Source: Corynebacterium glutamicum ATCC 13032 (lineage in GTDB: Bacteria > Actinomycetota > Actinomycetes > Mycobacteriales > Mycobacteriaceae). From it: a stretch of DNA of 32,000 bases. Under the pieces are notes generated by a model, which ran no database searches, was not told the origin of the DNA, and saw only the letters and a program-made list of their open reading frames with translations. Shown here piece by piece: positions 25,322-32,000 of this stretch (the first letter of the stretch is position 1; every line of letters starts with the position of its first letter). The stretch lies in NCBI RefSeq assembly GCF_000011325.1, contig NC_003450.3:900001-932000 (forward strand). The letters run 5' to 3'. The translations under genes and the position numbers were made by a program.

Positions 25322-26935
25322 TTAACTGTTGTCGATCTTAACGTGTTTTCGGGCATGTTCAACCGCTGGGGCAAGGTCATCGAAGAGGTGGTTCTCATGC
25401 CGCAGTGATCTGATCGCTCCGAGGACGCCGAGAACGTGAATGTGTTCTTTCCGGACGCCCTTAATTAATACAGTGACATTTTTTCTTTCCAGCGCATTGA
25501 CAAGCTCGGTGAGCTGGTGGGCGCCGGTGGCGTCGATCATTTGGATGTGTGACAGGCGCAGGATCACCACTTCGAGGTCCTCATAATCAAGGATTTGCTG
25601 CGAAAGACGTTCAGCTGCGCCAAAGAACAATGCGCCCTCGATACGGAAAAGGCCGATCTTTTCGTCGTTAAGCGTGGCCGGTTCGGGCAAGGTTTCCCGG
25701 AAGACGCCGGCGTTCATGCTCATGCGTCGCAGCATGAAGAACGTCGCGACGGCAATGCCGATGCCGACCGCAATGACGAGGTCGACGCTGATGGTGACGA
25801 TCGCGGTGATGACAAAAACGATCGCATCAGAGCGAGTGGAGCGCATGACGCGCGAGATCACTTCAATGGACACCATGCGGCTCGCGGTGACCATGAGCAC
25901 GCCCGACAGTGCGGCGAGCGGAATGACCGCAACGATATTCGCCGCCACATACACAACGCCGAGCAGCACAAGCGCGTGAATAATCGACGCTATACGGGTA
26001 CGCCCGCCGGAGCGCACATTGACCGCCGTACGCGCGATTGCGCCAGTTGCCGGCATGCCGCCAAAAAAGCCAGCGCTTATCGACGCCAACCCCTGACCGA
26101 CCAATTCGCGGTCAGCATTATAAGGACCCGTATCGGCCATGGAGGCTGCCACACGAGCGGAAAGGAGAGACTCAATAGCAGCGAGCGCGGCGACAGCAAA
26201 AGCTGGCCCCAGCAAACTCGTGAACATCTCCAGGTTCACATCAGGCAGGTGAGGGGCAGGAAGGGAATTGGGGAGCTCACCGATCAACTCAACGGGAAGC
26301 TTGAGCAGAGCCACGCCAATGGACACCACCAAAATGGCAATGAAGCTGGCAGGGAGCTTTGGGGCGATCTTTCCCAACACAATCATGATCGCAGCGGTGA
26401 CGATAATAATTAAGAGAGGTAGAATTGCGTCCTTCGTGGCGTGTGAAACAGTGTGAATCGCAGCGAGGAGCGCATTGGTGGGCAAATGGCCCGAATAACC
26501 AAACGCAGCTGGCACCTGTTGCAGGAAAATAATCACACCGATGCCTGCCGTAAATCCTTCGATGACCGGCCACGGAATGAAACTCACCGTTCGGCCTAAT
26601 CGAAGCACTCCGGCGACAAGGACGATAACTCCAGCCATCAGGCTGAGTAATGCAACCGCACCGACACCATATTGGGCGACGATTGGAGCGAGAACAACCA
26701 CCATCGCTCCTGTTGGTCCTGAAACCTGCACATTGGAACCGCCGAAGATTGCTGCAACCAGGCCAGCAATAATCGCAGTCACTAATCCTGCCTCGGCTCC
26801 GACTCCAGAACTCACACCAAAGGCGAGAGCGAGGGGGAGGGCAACAATGCCCACGGTGACGCCAGCAGCAATGTCCATCTTCCAGGAGAAGCGGAGTAGC
26901 TGATAGTCGTCTCTAGAGGGTAAAAGGTCACGCAT
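25322..26935 (-). CDS. SulP-family anion transporter with C-terminal STAS domain (537 aa)
   Basis: The N-terminal DIAAGVTVGIVALPLALAFGVSSG is a SulP signature. The protein is polytopic. The C-terminal …FRIEGALFFGAAERLSQQ…VVILRLSHIQMIDATGAHQL… is STAS. Confidence 0.9.
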   Translation of the reverse strand: MRDLLPSRDDYQLLRFSWKMDIAAGVTVGIVALPLALAFGVSSGVGAEAGLVTAIIAGLVAAIFGGSNVQVSGPTGAMVVVLAPIVAQYGVGAVALLSLMAGVIVLVAGVLRLGRTVSFIPWPVIEGFTAGIGVIIFLQQVPAAFGYSGHLPTNALLAAIHTVSHATKDAILPLLIIIVTAAIMIVLGKIAPKLPASFIAILVVSIGVALLKLPVELIGELPNSLPAPHLPDVNLEMFTSLLGPAFAVAALAAIESLLSARVAASMADTGPYNADRELVGQGLASISAGFFGGMPATGAIARTAVNVRSGGRTRIASIIHALVLLGVVYVAANIVAVIPLAALSGVLMVTASRMVSIEVISRVMRSTRSDAIVFVITAIVTISVDLVIAVGIGIAVATFFMLRRMSMNAGVFRETLPEPATLNDEKIGLFRIEGALFFGAAERLSQQILDYEDLEVVILRLSHIQMIDATGAHQLTELVNALERKNVTVLIKGVRKEHIHVLGVLGAIRSLRHENHLFDDLAPAVEHARKHVKIDNS

Positions 26936-27242
26936 CTTCGCCAGCCATCCTCTTTAATAGTGAGCGGCTCACCTTAAGAAAGTCTGCGACCTCCGGGTAG
27001 GTGAGCCGGTAATAAACAACTAAGCCTTCGCGTTGGGAGGAAACCAGTCCAAATTTCCTTAAAACCTTAAGGTGCTGGGACACGTGAGAGGCTTCCAAAT
27101 CCATCTCTTTGGTTATCTGACCGACTGAAACTTCATTATTCGTGGCAATGATTTCCAGGGCTCTGATGCGGTATGGATGTGCCAAACCCTTGAAAAGGTC
27201 AGCTTTGCGCTGATAAATCGGCAAGTCCTTGGAACTCAACAT
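26928..27242 (-). CDS. ArsR/SmtB-family transcriptional regulator (104 aa, no cysteines)
   Basis: …LFKGLAHPYRIRALEIIATNNEVSVGQITKEMDLEASHVSQHLKVLRKFGLVSSQREG… is the ArsR winged helix-turn-helix. Strong GGAGGA ribosome-binding site. The stop overlaps the sulP start by 8 nt (ATGCGTGA). Confidence 0.85.
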   Translation of the reverse strand: MLSSKDLPIYQRKADLFKGLAHPYRIRALEIIATNNEVSVGQITKEMDLEASHVSQHLKVLRKFGLVSSQREGLVVYYRLTYPEVADFLKVSRSLLKRMAGEDA

Positions 27243-27264
27243 TATTCCTCCGTGACTAGGCTAG

Positions 27265-27280
27265 ATGACGGATCCATCAT
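27265..27280. promoter_or_regulatory. Near-perfect 16-bp palindrome ATGACGGATCCATCAT, candidate ArsR-family operator
   Basis: Seven of 8 positions are symmetric. It lies 23 nt upstream of the arsR-family ATG, directly upstream of its ribosome-binding site. Confidence 0.35.
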
Positions 27281-27473
27281 ATAACTCGCGGGAGATTTTG
27301 GCCTGGGCTAGACATATTCCATAATCAATTTTTAGTTACAGCGCAACAGGTGTAAGGTATTGGAGGTTCATTGCCAAATCATGGTGATGCATACTTACCG
27401 AACCCAACTCGGGCACGATCTGGCATCCGCTGGAACCGACCTGAAGTTTCAATCCTGAGGGAATCGAGAGTAA

Positions 27474-27740
27474 ATGAAAAAGGATATCCACCCTGACTAC
27501 CATGCGGTAGTCTTCCAGGACGCAGGTACTGGCTTCCAGTTCCTGACCAAGTCCACCGCTTCCAGCGACCGCACCGTGTCCTGGGAAGATGGTAACGAGT
27601 ACCCACTGATCGTCGTTGACGTCACCAGCGAGTCTCACCCATTCTGGACCGGCGCTCAGCGTGTCATGGACACCGCTGGTCGTGTTGAGAAGTTCGAGCG
27701 TCGCTTCGGTGGCATGGCTCGCCGCAAGAAGAAGGCATAG
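27474..27740 (+). CDS. rpmE: 50S ribosomal protein L31, type B (88 aa, no cysteines)
   Basis: [28 protein letters not shown]…SESHPFWTG… is L31 lacking the CxxC motif, and it has the extended type-B C-terminus. Confidence 0.9.
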   Translation: MKKDIHPDYHAVVFQDAGTGFQFLTKSTASSDRTVSWEDGNEYPLIVVDVTSESHPFWTGAQRVMDTAGRVEKFERRFGGMARRKKKA

Positions 27741-27751
27741 GAGGGAAAACA

Positions 27752-27925
27752 ATGGCAGTTCCAAAGCGCCGTATGTCCCGCGCAAACACCCGCATGCGCC
27801 GTTCCCAGTGGAAGGCCGACAATGTCGCCCTTCAGGAGGTCAAGATCGACGGTCAGACCGTTCGCATCCCACGCCGTCTGGTTAAGGCAGCACAGCTCGG
27901 TCTCGTGGACGTAGAGCAGTTCTAA
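27752..27925 (+). CDS. rpmF: 50S ribosomal protein L32 (57 aa, no cysteines; not in the ORF track)
   Basis: Hand translation gives [67 protein letters not shown] ribosome-binding site, 11 nt after the rpmE stop. Confidence 0.9.
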   Translation: MAVPKRRMSRANTRMRRSQWKADNVALQEVKIDGQTVRIPRRLVKAAQLGLVDVEQF

Positions 27926-27973
27926 ACCTTAAATTCATCGCCTACAACCTTTTGTAGGTAAGAATTTAACAAG

Positions 27974-28019
27974 AGCCAGTTATCTTCTCTTAAAATGAGG
28001 AGGTAACTGGCTTCTTTAT
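27974..28019 (+). terminator. Intrinsic terminator of rpmE-rpmF
   Basis: AGCCAGTTA / TAACTGGCT forms a perfect 9-bp stem. It extends through TCTTCTC / GAGGAGG with G·U pairs around a 7-nt loop, and is followed by TTCTTTAT. Confidence 0.7.
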
Positions 28020-28116
28020 GCTTAAGAGGTGTTAGCATAAGTGAAATATGTTCCAACGCGTGGACGTCTTAATTGGGAGGAAGTCTGTCACGGACTGGAA
28101 GACGAAAAGGGTATCG

Positions 28117-28815
28117 ATGAAAATTTTAGTTGTTGATGACGAGCAAGCTGTACGTGACTCCTTGCGACGTTCCCTTTCGTTCAACGGATACAACGTTGTT
28201 CTCGCAGAAGACGGCATCCAAGCACTAGAGATGATTGACAAGGAACAGCCTGCTTTGGTGATCCTCGATGTCATGATGCCTGGTATGGACGGACTTGAGG
28301 TCTGTCGCCACCTTCGCAGCGAAGGCGATGATCGGCCAATTCTTATTCTTACTGCCCGCGATAATGTTTCTGATCGTGTTGGTGGCCTCGATGCAGGCGC
28401 AGATGACTATTTGGCTAAACCATTTGCTCTTGAAGAGCTGTTGGCGCGCGTCCGTTCACTGGTGCGTCGCTCTGCAGTGGAATCAAATCAGAGTTCCAGC
28501 ATTGAACAGGCTCTATTATCTTGTGGCGATTTGACGCTTGACCCAGAAAGTCGAGATGTCTACCGCAACGGACGCGCCATCAGCCTTACTCGAACAGAGT
28601 TCGCGCTCCTGCAATTGCTCCTCAAAAACCAAAGGAAAGTGCTCACTCGCGCCCAGATTTTGGAAGAGGTATGGGGCTGCGATTTCCCCACTTCAGGCAA
28701 TGCCCTCGAGGTCTACATTGGATACCTTCGACGCAAGACTGAATTGGAAGGAGAAGACCGCCTGATCCATACAGTACGAGGAGTCGGATACGTCCTGCGA
28801 GAGACCGCTCCGTGA
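28117..28815 (+). CDS. cgtR2: OmpR/PhoB-family response regulator, MprA-like (232 aa)
   Basis: Receiver domain MKILVVDDE…[11 protein letters not shown]… plus a winged-helix output domain. The ATG at 28117 is preceded by AAAAGGG. The symbol comes from my recollection of C. glutamicum two-component system nomenclature and is not verified. Confidence 0.85.
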   Translation: MKILVVDDEQAVRDSLRRSLSFNGYNVVLAEDGIQALEMIDKEQPALVILDVMMPGMDGLEVCRHLRSEGDDRPILILTARDNVSDRVGGLDAGADDYLAKPFALEELLARVRSLVRRSAVESNQSSSIEQALLSCGDLTLDPESRDVYRNGRAISLTRTEFALLQLLLKNQRKVLTRAQILEEVWGCDFPTSGNALEVYIGYLRRKTELEGEDRLIHTVRGVGYVLRETAP

Positions 28816-30251
28816 CATTAAGGCGAATCGGCGCAGGGGAAAATGGGCCTGCCCCTACCGAAAGTGATGACTCCGACGGTTCAATGTCGTTGCGTTGGCG
28901 CTTGGCTTTGCTGAGCGCCACTTTGGTAGCTTTCGCCGTTGGTGTTATTACTGTTGCTGCATATTGGTCTGTCTCCAGCTATGTCACCAACTCAATCGAT
29001 CGTGATCTGGAAAAACAAGCGGATGCAATGCTTGGACGAGCCAGTGAAGCGGGATTCTATGCAACCGCAGAAACCGAAATTGCTCTGTTAGGTGAATATG
29101 CCAGTGACACTCGAATCGCCTTAATCCCACCTGGGTGGGAATACGTCATCGGTGAATCCATATCACTGCCTGATTCAGATTTCCTTAAGAGTAAAGAAGC
29201 GGGGAAACAGATCCTCGTAACAAGTGCTGAGCGCATTCTCATGAAACGAGATAGCTCGGGCACAGTGGTGGTTTTTGCTAAAGATATGGTGGATACCGAT
29301 CGGCAGCTCACGGTGCTTGGCGTCATTCTCTTGATCATTGGCGGCAGTGGTGTTTTGGCGTCGATTCTGCTTGGTTTCATCATTGCGAAGGAGGGGCTGA
29401 AACCACTGTCAAAGCTGCAGCGTGCCGTCGAAGAGATCGAACGAACTGATGAGCTTCGTGCGATTCCCGTGGTGGGAAATGATGAGTTCGCTAAGTTGAC
29501 TCGTAGTTTCAATGACATGCTCAAGGCACTGCGGGAGTCTCGTACCCGGCAATCTCAGTTGGTGGCAGATGCAGGACACGAGCTGAAAACTCCACTGACC
29601 TCAATGCGGACAAATATTGAATTGCTGTTGATGGCAACCAACAGTGGAGGATCGGGAATCCCCAAGGAAGAATTGGATGGCCTTCAGCGTGATGTATTGG
29701 CGCAGATGACCGAAATGTCTGATTTGATTGGTGATCTTGTTGATCTTGCGCGTGAAGAAACCGCCGAAACGTCAAGCATTGTAGATCTCAACCAAGTGTT
29801 GGAAATTGCGCTTGACCGAATGGAAAGCCGTCGCATGACGGTGCGGATAGATGTTTCCGAGACTGTGGATTGGAAACTGCTGGGCGATGATTTTTCCTTA
29901 ACCAGGGCATTAGTAAATGTTTTGGATAATGCCATTAAATGGTCGCCTGAGAATGGCATTGTTCGAGTGTCGATGTCACAGATCGACAAAGCAACGGTCC
30001 GCATTGTTATTGATGATTCAGGGCCTGGAATTGCTGAAAAAGAACGAGGATTAGTTTTGGAACGGTTCTATCGCGCCGTCAGCTCCCGTTCCATGCCGGG
30101 ATCGGGATTAGGTCTTGCCATCGTGAATCAGGTTGTGAATCGGCATGGTGGCCAACTCGTTGTGGGTGAATCAGATGATGGCGGAACGAGAATCACTATT
30201 GATTTGCCAGGGGAACCCATTCGCAGCGGGTTCGAAAATGTCGATGATTAA
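28812..30251 (+). CDS. cgtS2: Sensor histidine kinase, MprB-like (479 aa from GTG 28812; ATG 28884 is an alternative start)
   Basis: Two TM segments flank a periplasmic region of about 130 aa. HAMP domain, H-box [13 protein letters not shown]1 DDSGPGI and G2 GSGLGLAIV are present. GTGA overlap with the regulator stop. Confidence 0.85.
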   Translation: MTLRRIGAGENGPAPTESDDSDGSMSLRWRLALLSATLVAFAVGVITVAAYWSVSSYVTNSIDRDLEKQADAMLGRASEAGFYATAETEIALLGEYASDTRIALIPPGWEYVIGESISLPDSDFLKSKEAGKQILVTSAERILMKRDSSGTVVVFAKDMVDTDRQLTVLGVILLIIGGSGVLASILLGFIIAKEGLKPLSKLQRAVEEIERTDELRAIPVVGNDEFAKLTRSFNDMLKALRESRTRQSQLVADAGHELKTPLTSMRTNIELLLMATNSGGSGIPKEELDGLQRDVLAQMTEMSDLIGDLVDLAREETAETSSIVDLNQVLEIALDRMESRRMTVRIDVSETVDWKLLGDDFSLTRALVNVLDNAIKWSPENGIVRVSMSQIDKATVRIVIDDSGPGIAEKERGLVLERFYRAVSSRSMPGSGLGLAIVNQVVNRHGGQLVVGESDDGGTRITIDLPGEPIRSGFENVDD

Positions 30252-30325
30252 ACCACTAAAGAGCTCACAGGAAGTGTTCAGACTACTTAGAGTGACGCCC
30301 CAGCCACAGGGTTCATAATCAAATC

Positions 30326-31651
30326 ATGACAAATCAATTCCCCACAAACAACGGTGAGAACCCGGACCGTGCATCGGAAACTCCATCAGAAACCAACTCC
30401 TTCGAACATGTGCGTAGTTCATATCCGCAGTGGGGTAACACTGCTTCCAATCAAAACCCCTATCCTGGTGCGGGCTTCGGCTCTGAACAAAACACTCAAC
30501 AAGGAAATGAGCAACAAGCTCCAGCCTGGACCAGTTGGGATAATCAGCCTCTAAGCACAGATGTAAAGCCAGCTAAAGAAAAGCGAAAAGTTGGCATCGG
30601 AACGGCACTCGCGTTAATGCTTGTTGGTTCTATTGCTACCGGTAGCGTTGTGGGTGTTGCAGCAACCCAGCTTGGTTCGGACTCTTCAACCCCAGTTAAT
30701 GCTCTTGAGCAGCCCAGCGTGCAGCGCACCACTAATGCTGAACCAGGTTCAGCGGAACAGGTTGCTGCCGCAGTTTTGCCTTCTGTCGTCTCTATTCAGG
30801 CCATTACTAGGACGTCTGCTTCTGAGGGCTCTGGATCCATTATTTCCTCTGATGGTTACGTCATGACCAATAATCACGTCGTGGCAGGCATTGAACAATC
30901 TGGTGTGTTAGAAGTAAGTTTCTCCGATGGAACTACAGCGCAAGCTGATTTTATTGCTGGTGATCCTTCCACAGATATTGCTGTGATCAAGATTAGGGAT
31001 GTGTCCAACCTTCCAGTTATGAGCTTTGGAGATTCGGACGCATTAGGCGTTGGACAAAGTGTGATGGCTGTTGGTTCTCCACTGGGTCTGAGCTCCACTG
31101 TGACCACCGGTATTGTGTCGGCCGTGAACCGTCCTGTGCGAGCTTCTGGTGATGGCGGAGAGTCGTCCCTCATCGATGCTATCCAGACCGATGCTGCGAT
31201 CAACCCTGGTAACTCTGGTGGTCCGCTGGTTGATATGGATGGCAACCTCATTGGCATGAATTCGGTAATTGCATCGATTTCGAGCACCAGCGATTCCGCA
31301 GGTTCCATTGGTCTTGGTTTTTCTATCCCATCCAACTTTGCCAAGCGCGTGGCCGATCAATTGATCAGCACCGGCCAGGTAACTCAGCCGATGATCGGTG
31401 TGCAGGTTGGCACTGACAACTCAGTGACAGGCGCTGTGATTGCCAGTGTTCAAGATGGTGGACCGGCCGCAGATGCTGGACTTCAGCCAGGCGATATCGT
31501 GACCAAGCTCAATGATCGAGTTATTGATAGCCCAGACTCCTTGATCGCTGCTGTTCGTTCGCATGATTTTGGCGAAACCGTCACTTTAACAATTACACAG
31601 CCAGATACCTCGCAGAGCCGGGAGGTAGAGGTTACTCTGACGAGTGAGTAG
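30326..31651 (+). CDS. HtrA/PepD-like trypsin-type serine protease with C-terminal PDZ domain (441 aa)
   Basis: The catalytic triad contexts are TNNHVV (His), DIAVIKI (Asp) and GNSGGPLV (Ser). A single TM segment follows a Q/N/P-rich N-terminal region. The PDZ domain includes …GLQPGDIVTKLNDRVI…. Confidence 0.9.
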   Translation: MTNQFPTNNGENPDRASETPSETNSFEHVRSSYPQWGNTASNQNPYPGAGFGSEQNTQQGNEQQAPAWTSWDNQPLSTDVKPAKEKRKVGIGTALALMLVGSIATGSVVGVAATQLGSDSSTPVNALEQPSVQRTTNAEPGSAEQVAAAVLPSVVSIQAITRTSASEGSGSIISSDGYVMTNNHVVAGIEQSGVLEVSFSDGTTAQADFIAGDPSTDIAVIKIRDVSNLPVMSFGDSDALGVGQSVMAVGSPLGLSSTVTTGIVSAVNRPVRASGDGGESSLIDAIQTDAAINPGNSGGPLVDMDGNLIGMNSVIASISSTSDSAGSIGLGFSIPSNFAKRVADQLISTGQVTQPMIGVQVGTDNSVTGAVIASVQDGGPAADAGLQPGDIVTKLNDRVIDSPDSLIAAVRSHDFGETVTLTITQPDTSQSREVEVTLTSE

Positions 31652-31705
31652 GTTTAAAAGAGTTAATCTGCATCTAATCAAGTAGCCAAGTATGAGTGAG
31701 GAACA

Positions 31706-32000
31706 ATGAGCAAGGATCCATTGGGAAGTCTTACCGATGTTGTAGACACACGAGTTCCGCTTCCGGATGTTGAACCGGATCCGGAGTTCCTGAAGGCTAC
31801 GGAAAAAGAATTCCACATGGCATCCCAGAAGCGCGCTCTTGTTGTCCTGGTGGGCGATCATGTCGCTGAGGCAGATGGGACTGGCCGTTTGGTTACGGAG
31901 CTGCTCTTAGAGTCTGGCTTCAACGTGGACGCTGTGGTCAGCGTGAAGTCTAAGAAGTCTCAGATTAGGCAAGCTATTGAAACCGCAGTTGTTGGCGGCG
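31706..32000 (+). CDS. MoaB/MogA-family molybdenum-cofactor biosynthesis protein (5' part; runs off the window)
   Basis: Hand translation gives MSKDPLGSLTDVVDTRVPLPDVEPDPEFLKATEKEFHMASQKRALVVLVGDHVAEADGTGRLVTELLLESGFNVDAVVSV…, which resembles the MoCF-biosynthesis domain. GAGGAA ribosome-binding site. It occupies the position of moaB2 downstream of mprAB-pepD in mycobacteria. Confidence 0.6.
   Translation, partial: MSKDPLGSLTDVVDTRVPLPDVEPDPEFLKATEKEFHMASQKRALVVLVGDHVAEADGTGRLVTELLLESGFNVDAVVSVKSKKSQIRQAIETAVVGG

Noticed and set aside
25595-26413. A 272-aa ORF antisense to the SulP gene.
   Set aside because: Its highly charged Arg/Asp/His-rich translation is typical of the reverse frame of a hydrophobic membrane-protein gene. 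It has no ribosome-binding site or motif support.
27336-27785. A 149-aa minus-strand ORF covering the rpmE leader and gene.
   Set aside because: It is antisense to the clearly recognisable L31 gene and extends across the rpmE-rpmF junction. It has no independent support.
28048-28116. A 23-codon N-terminal extension of the response regulator.
   Set aside because: Receiver domains start a few residues before the DD pair. MKILVVDDE at 28117 has its own purine-rich ribosome-binding site, and the extension has no homology-like features.
1-32000. Mobile elements, prophage, integrase or transposase genes, tRNA or rRNA genes, and toxin-antitoxin or restriction-type defence loci.
   Set aside because: None of the ORFs shows transposase, integrase or phage hallmarks, and I saw no terminal inverted repeats or tRNA-like sequences. 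Apart from the HNH gene the window looks like core chromosome.

Overview
This window reads as a core, housekeeping stretch of a Corynebacterium glutamicum-type chromosome. The 222-aa TetR-family ORF at 22393-23061 is recognisably the nitrogen regulator AmtR. The gene order follows conserved actinobacterial synteny as I recall it: lhr-nei, pgi, chorismate mutase, pcrA/uvrD1, M23 peptidase, perM-like-purN-purH, citE, amtR, rpmB-rpmG-rpsN-rpsR, rpmE-rpmF, then an mprAB-like two-component system with htrA/pepD and moaB.

I call about 35 CDS. Three of them are absent from the ORF track: rpmG and rpmF, which fall below its size cutoff, and the moaB-like ORF, which runs off the window end. A candidate 52-aa small ORF is also not in the track. 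I also call several intrinsic terminators and a handful of candidate operator or repeat elements. I found no rRNA, tRNA, CRISPR array, IS element or prophage signature.

I do not see an obvious new multi-gene system such as a defence island. The parts that deserve a second look are listed here:
1. A DUF294-like protein next to amtR whose nucleotidyltransferase catalytic residues appear to be lost. Its start codon is preceded by four 12-bp tandem repeats.
2. A cysteine-free ArsR regulator and SulP/STAS transporter operon wedged between two operons that together encode six cysteine-less (zinc-independent type) ribosomal proteins.
3. A DUF222-HNH endonuclease gene inserted in the pgi/chorismate mutase/uvrD1 backbone, with two perfect TTATCCACA-containing 14-mers upstream.
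4. A PadR plus MacB-type ABC module with a perfect 23-bp palindrome at its promoter.
5. A cluster of AGTAAYACT motifs between mepB and the perM-like gene.

All homology and family statements come from reading the translations by eye and from memory of the families. No database search was run.
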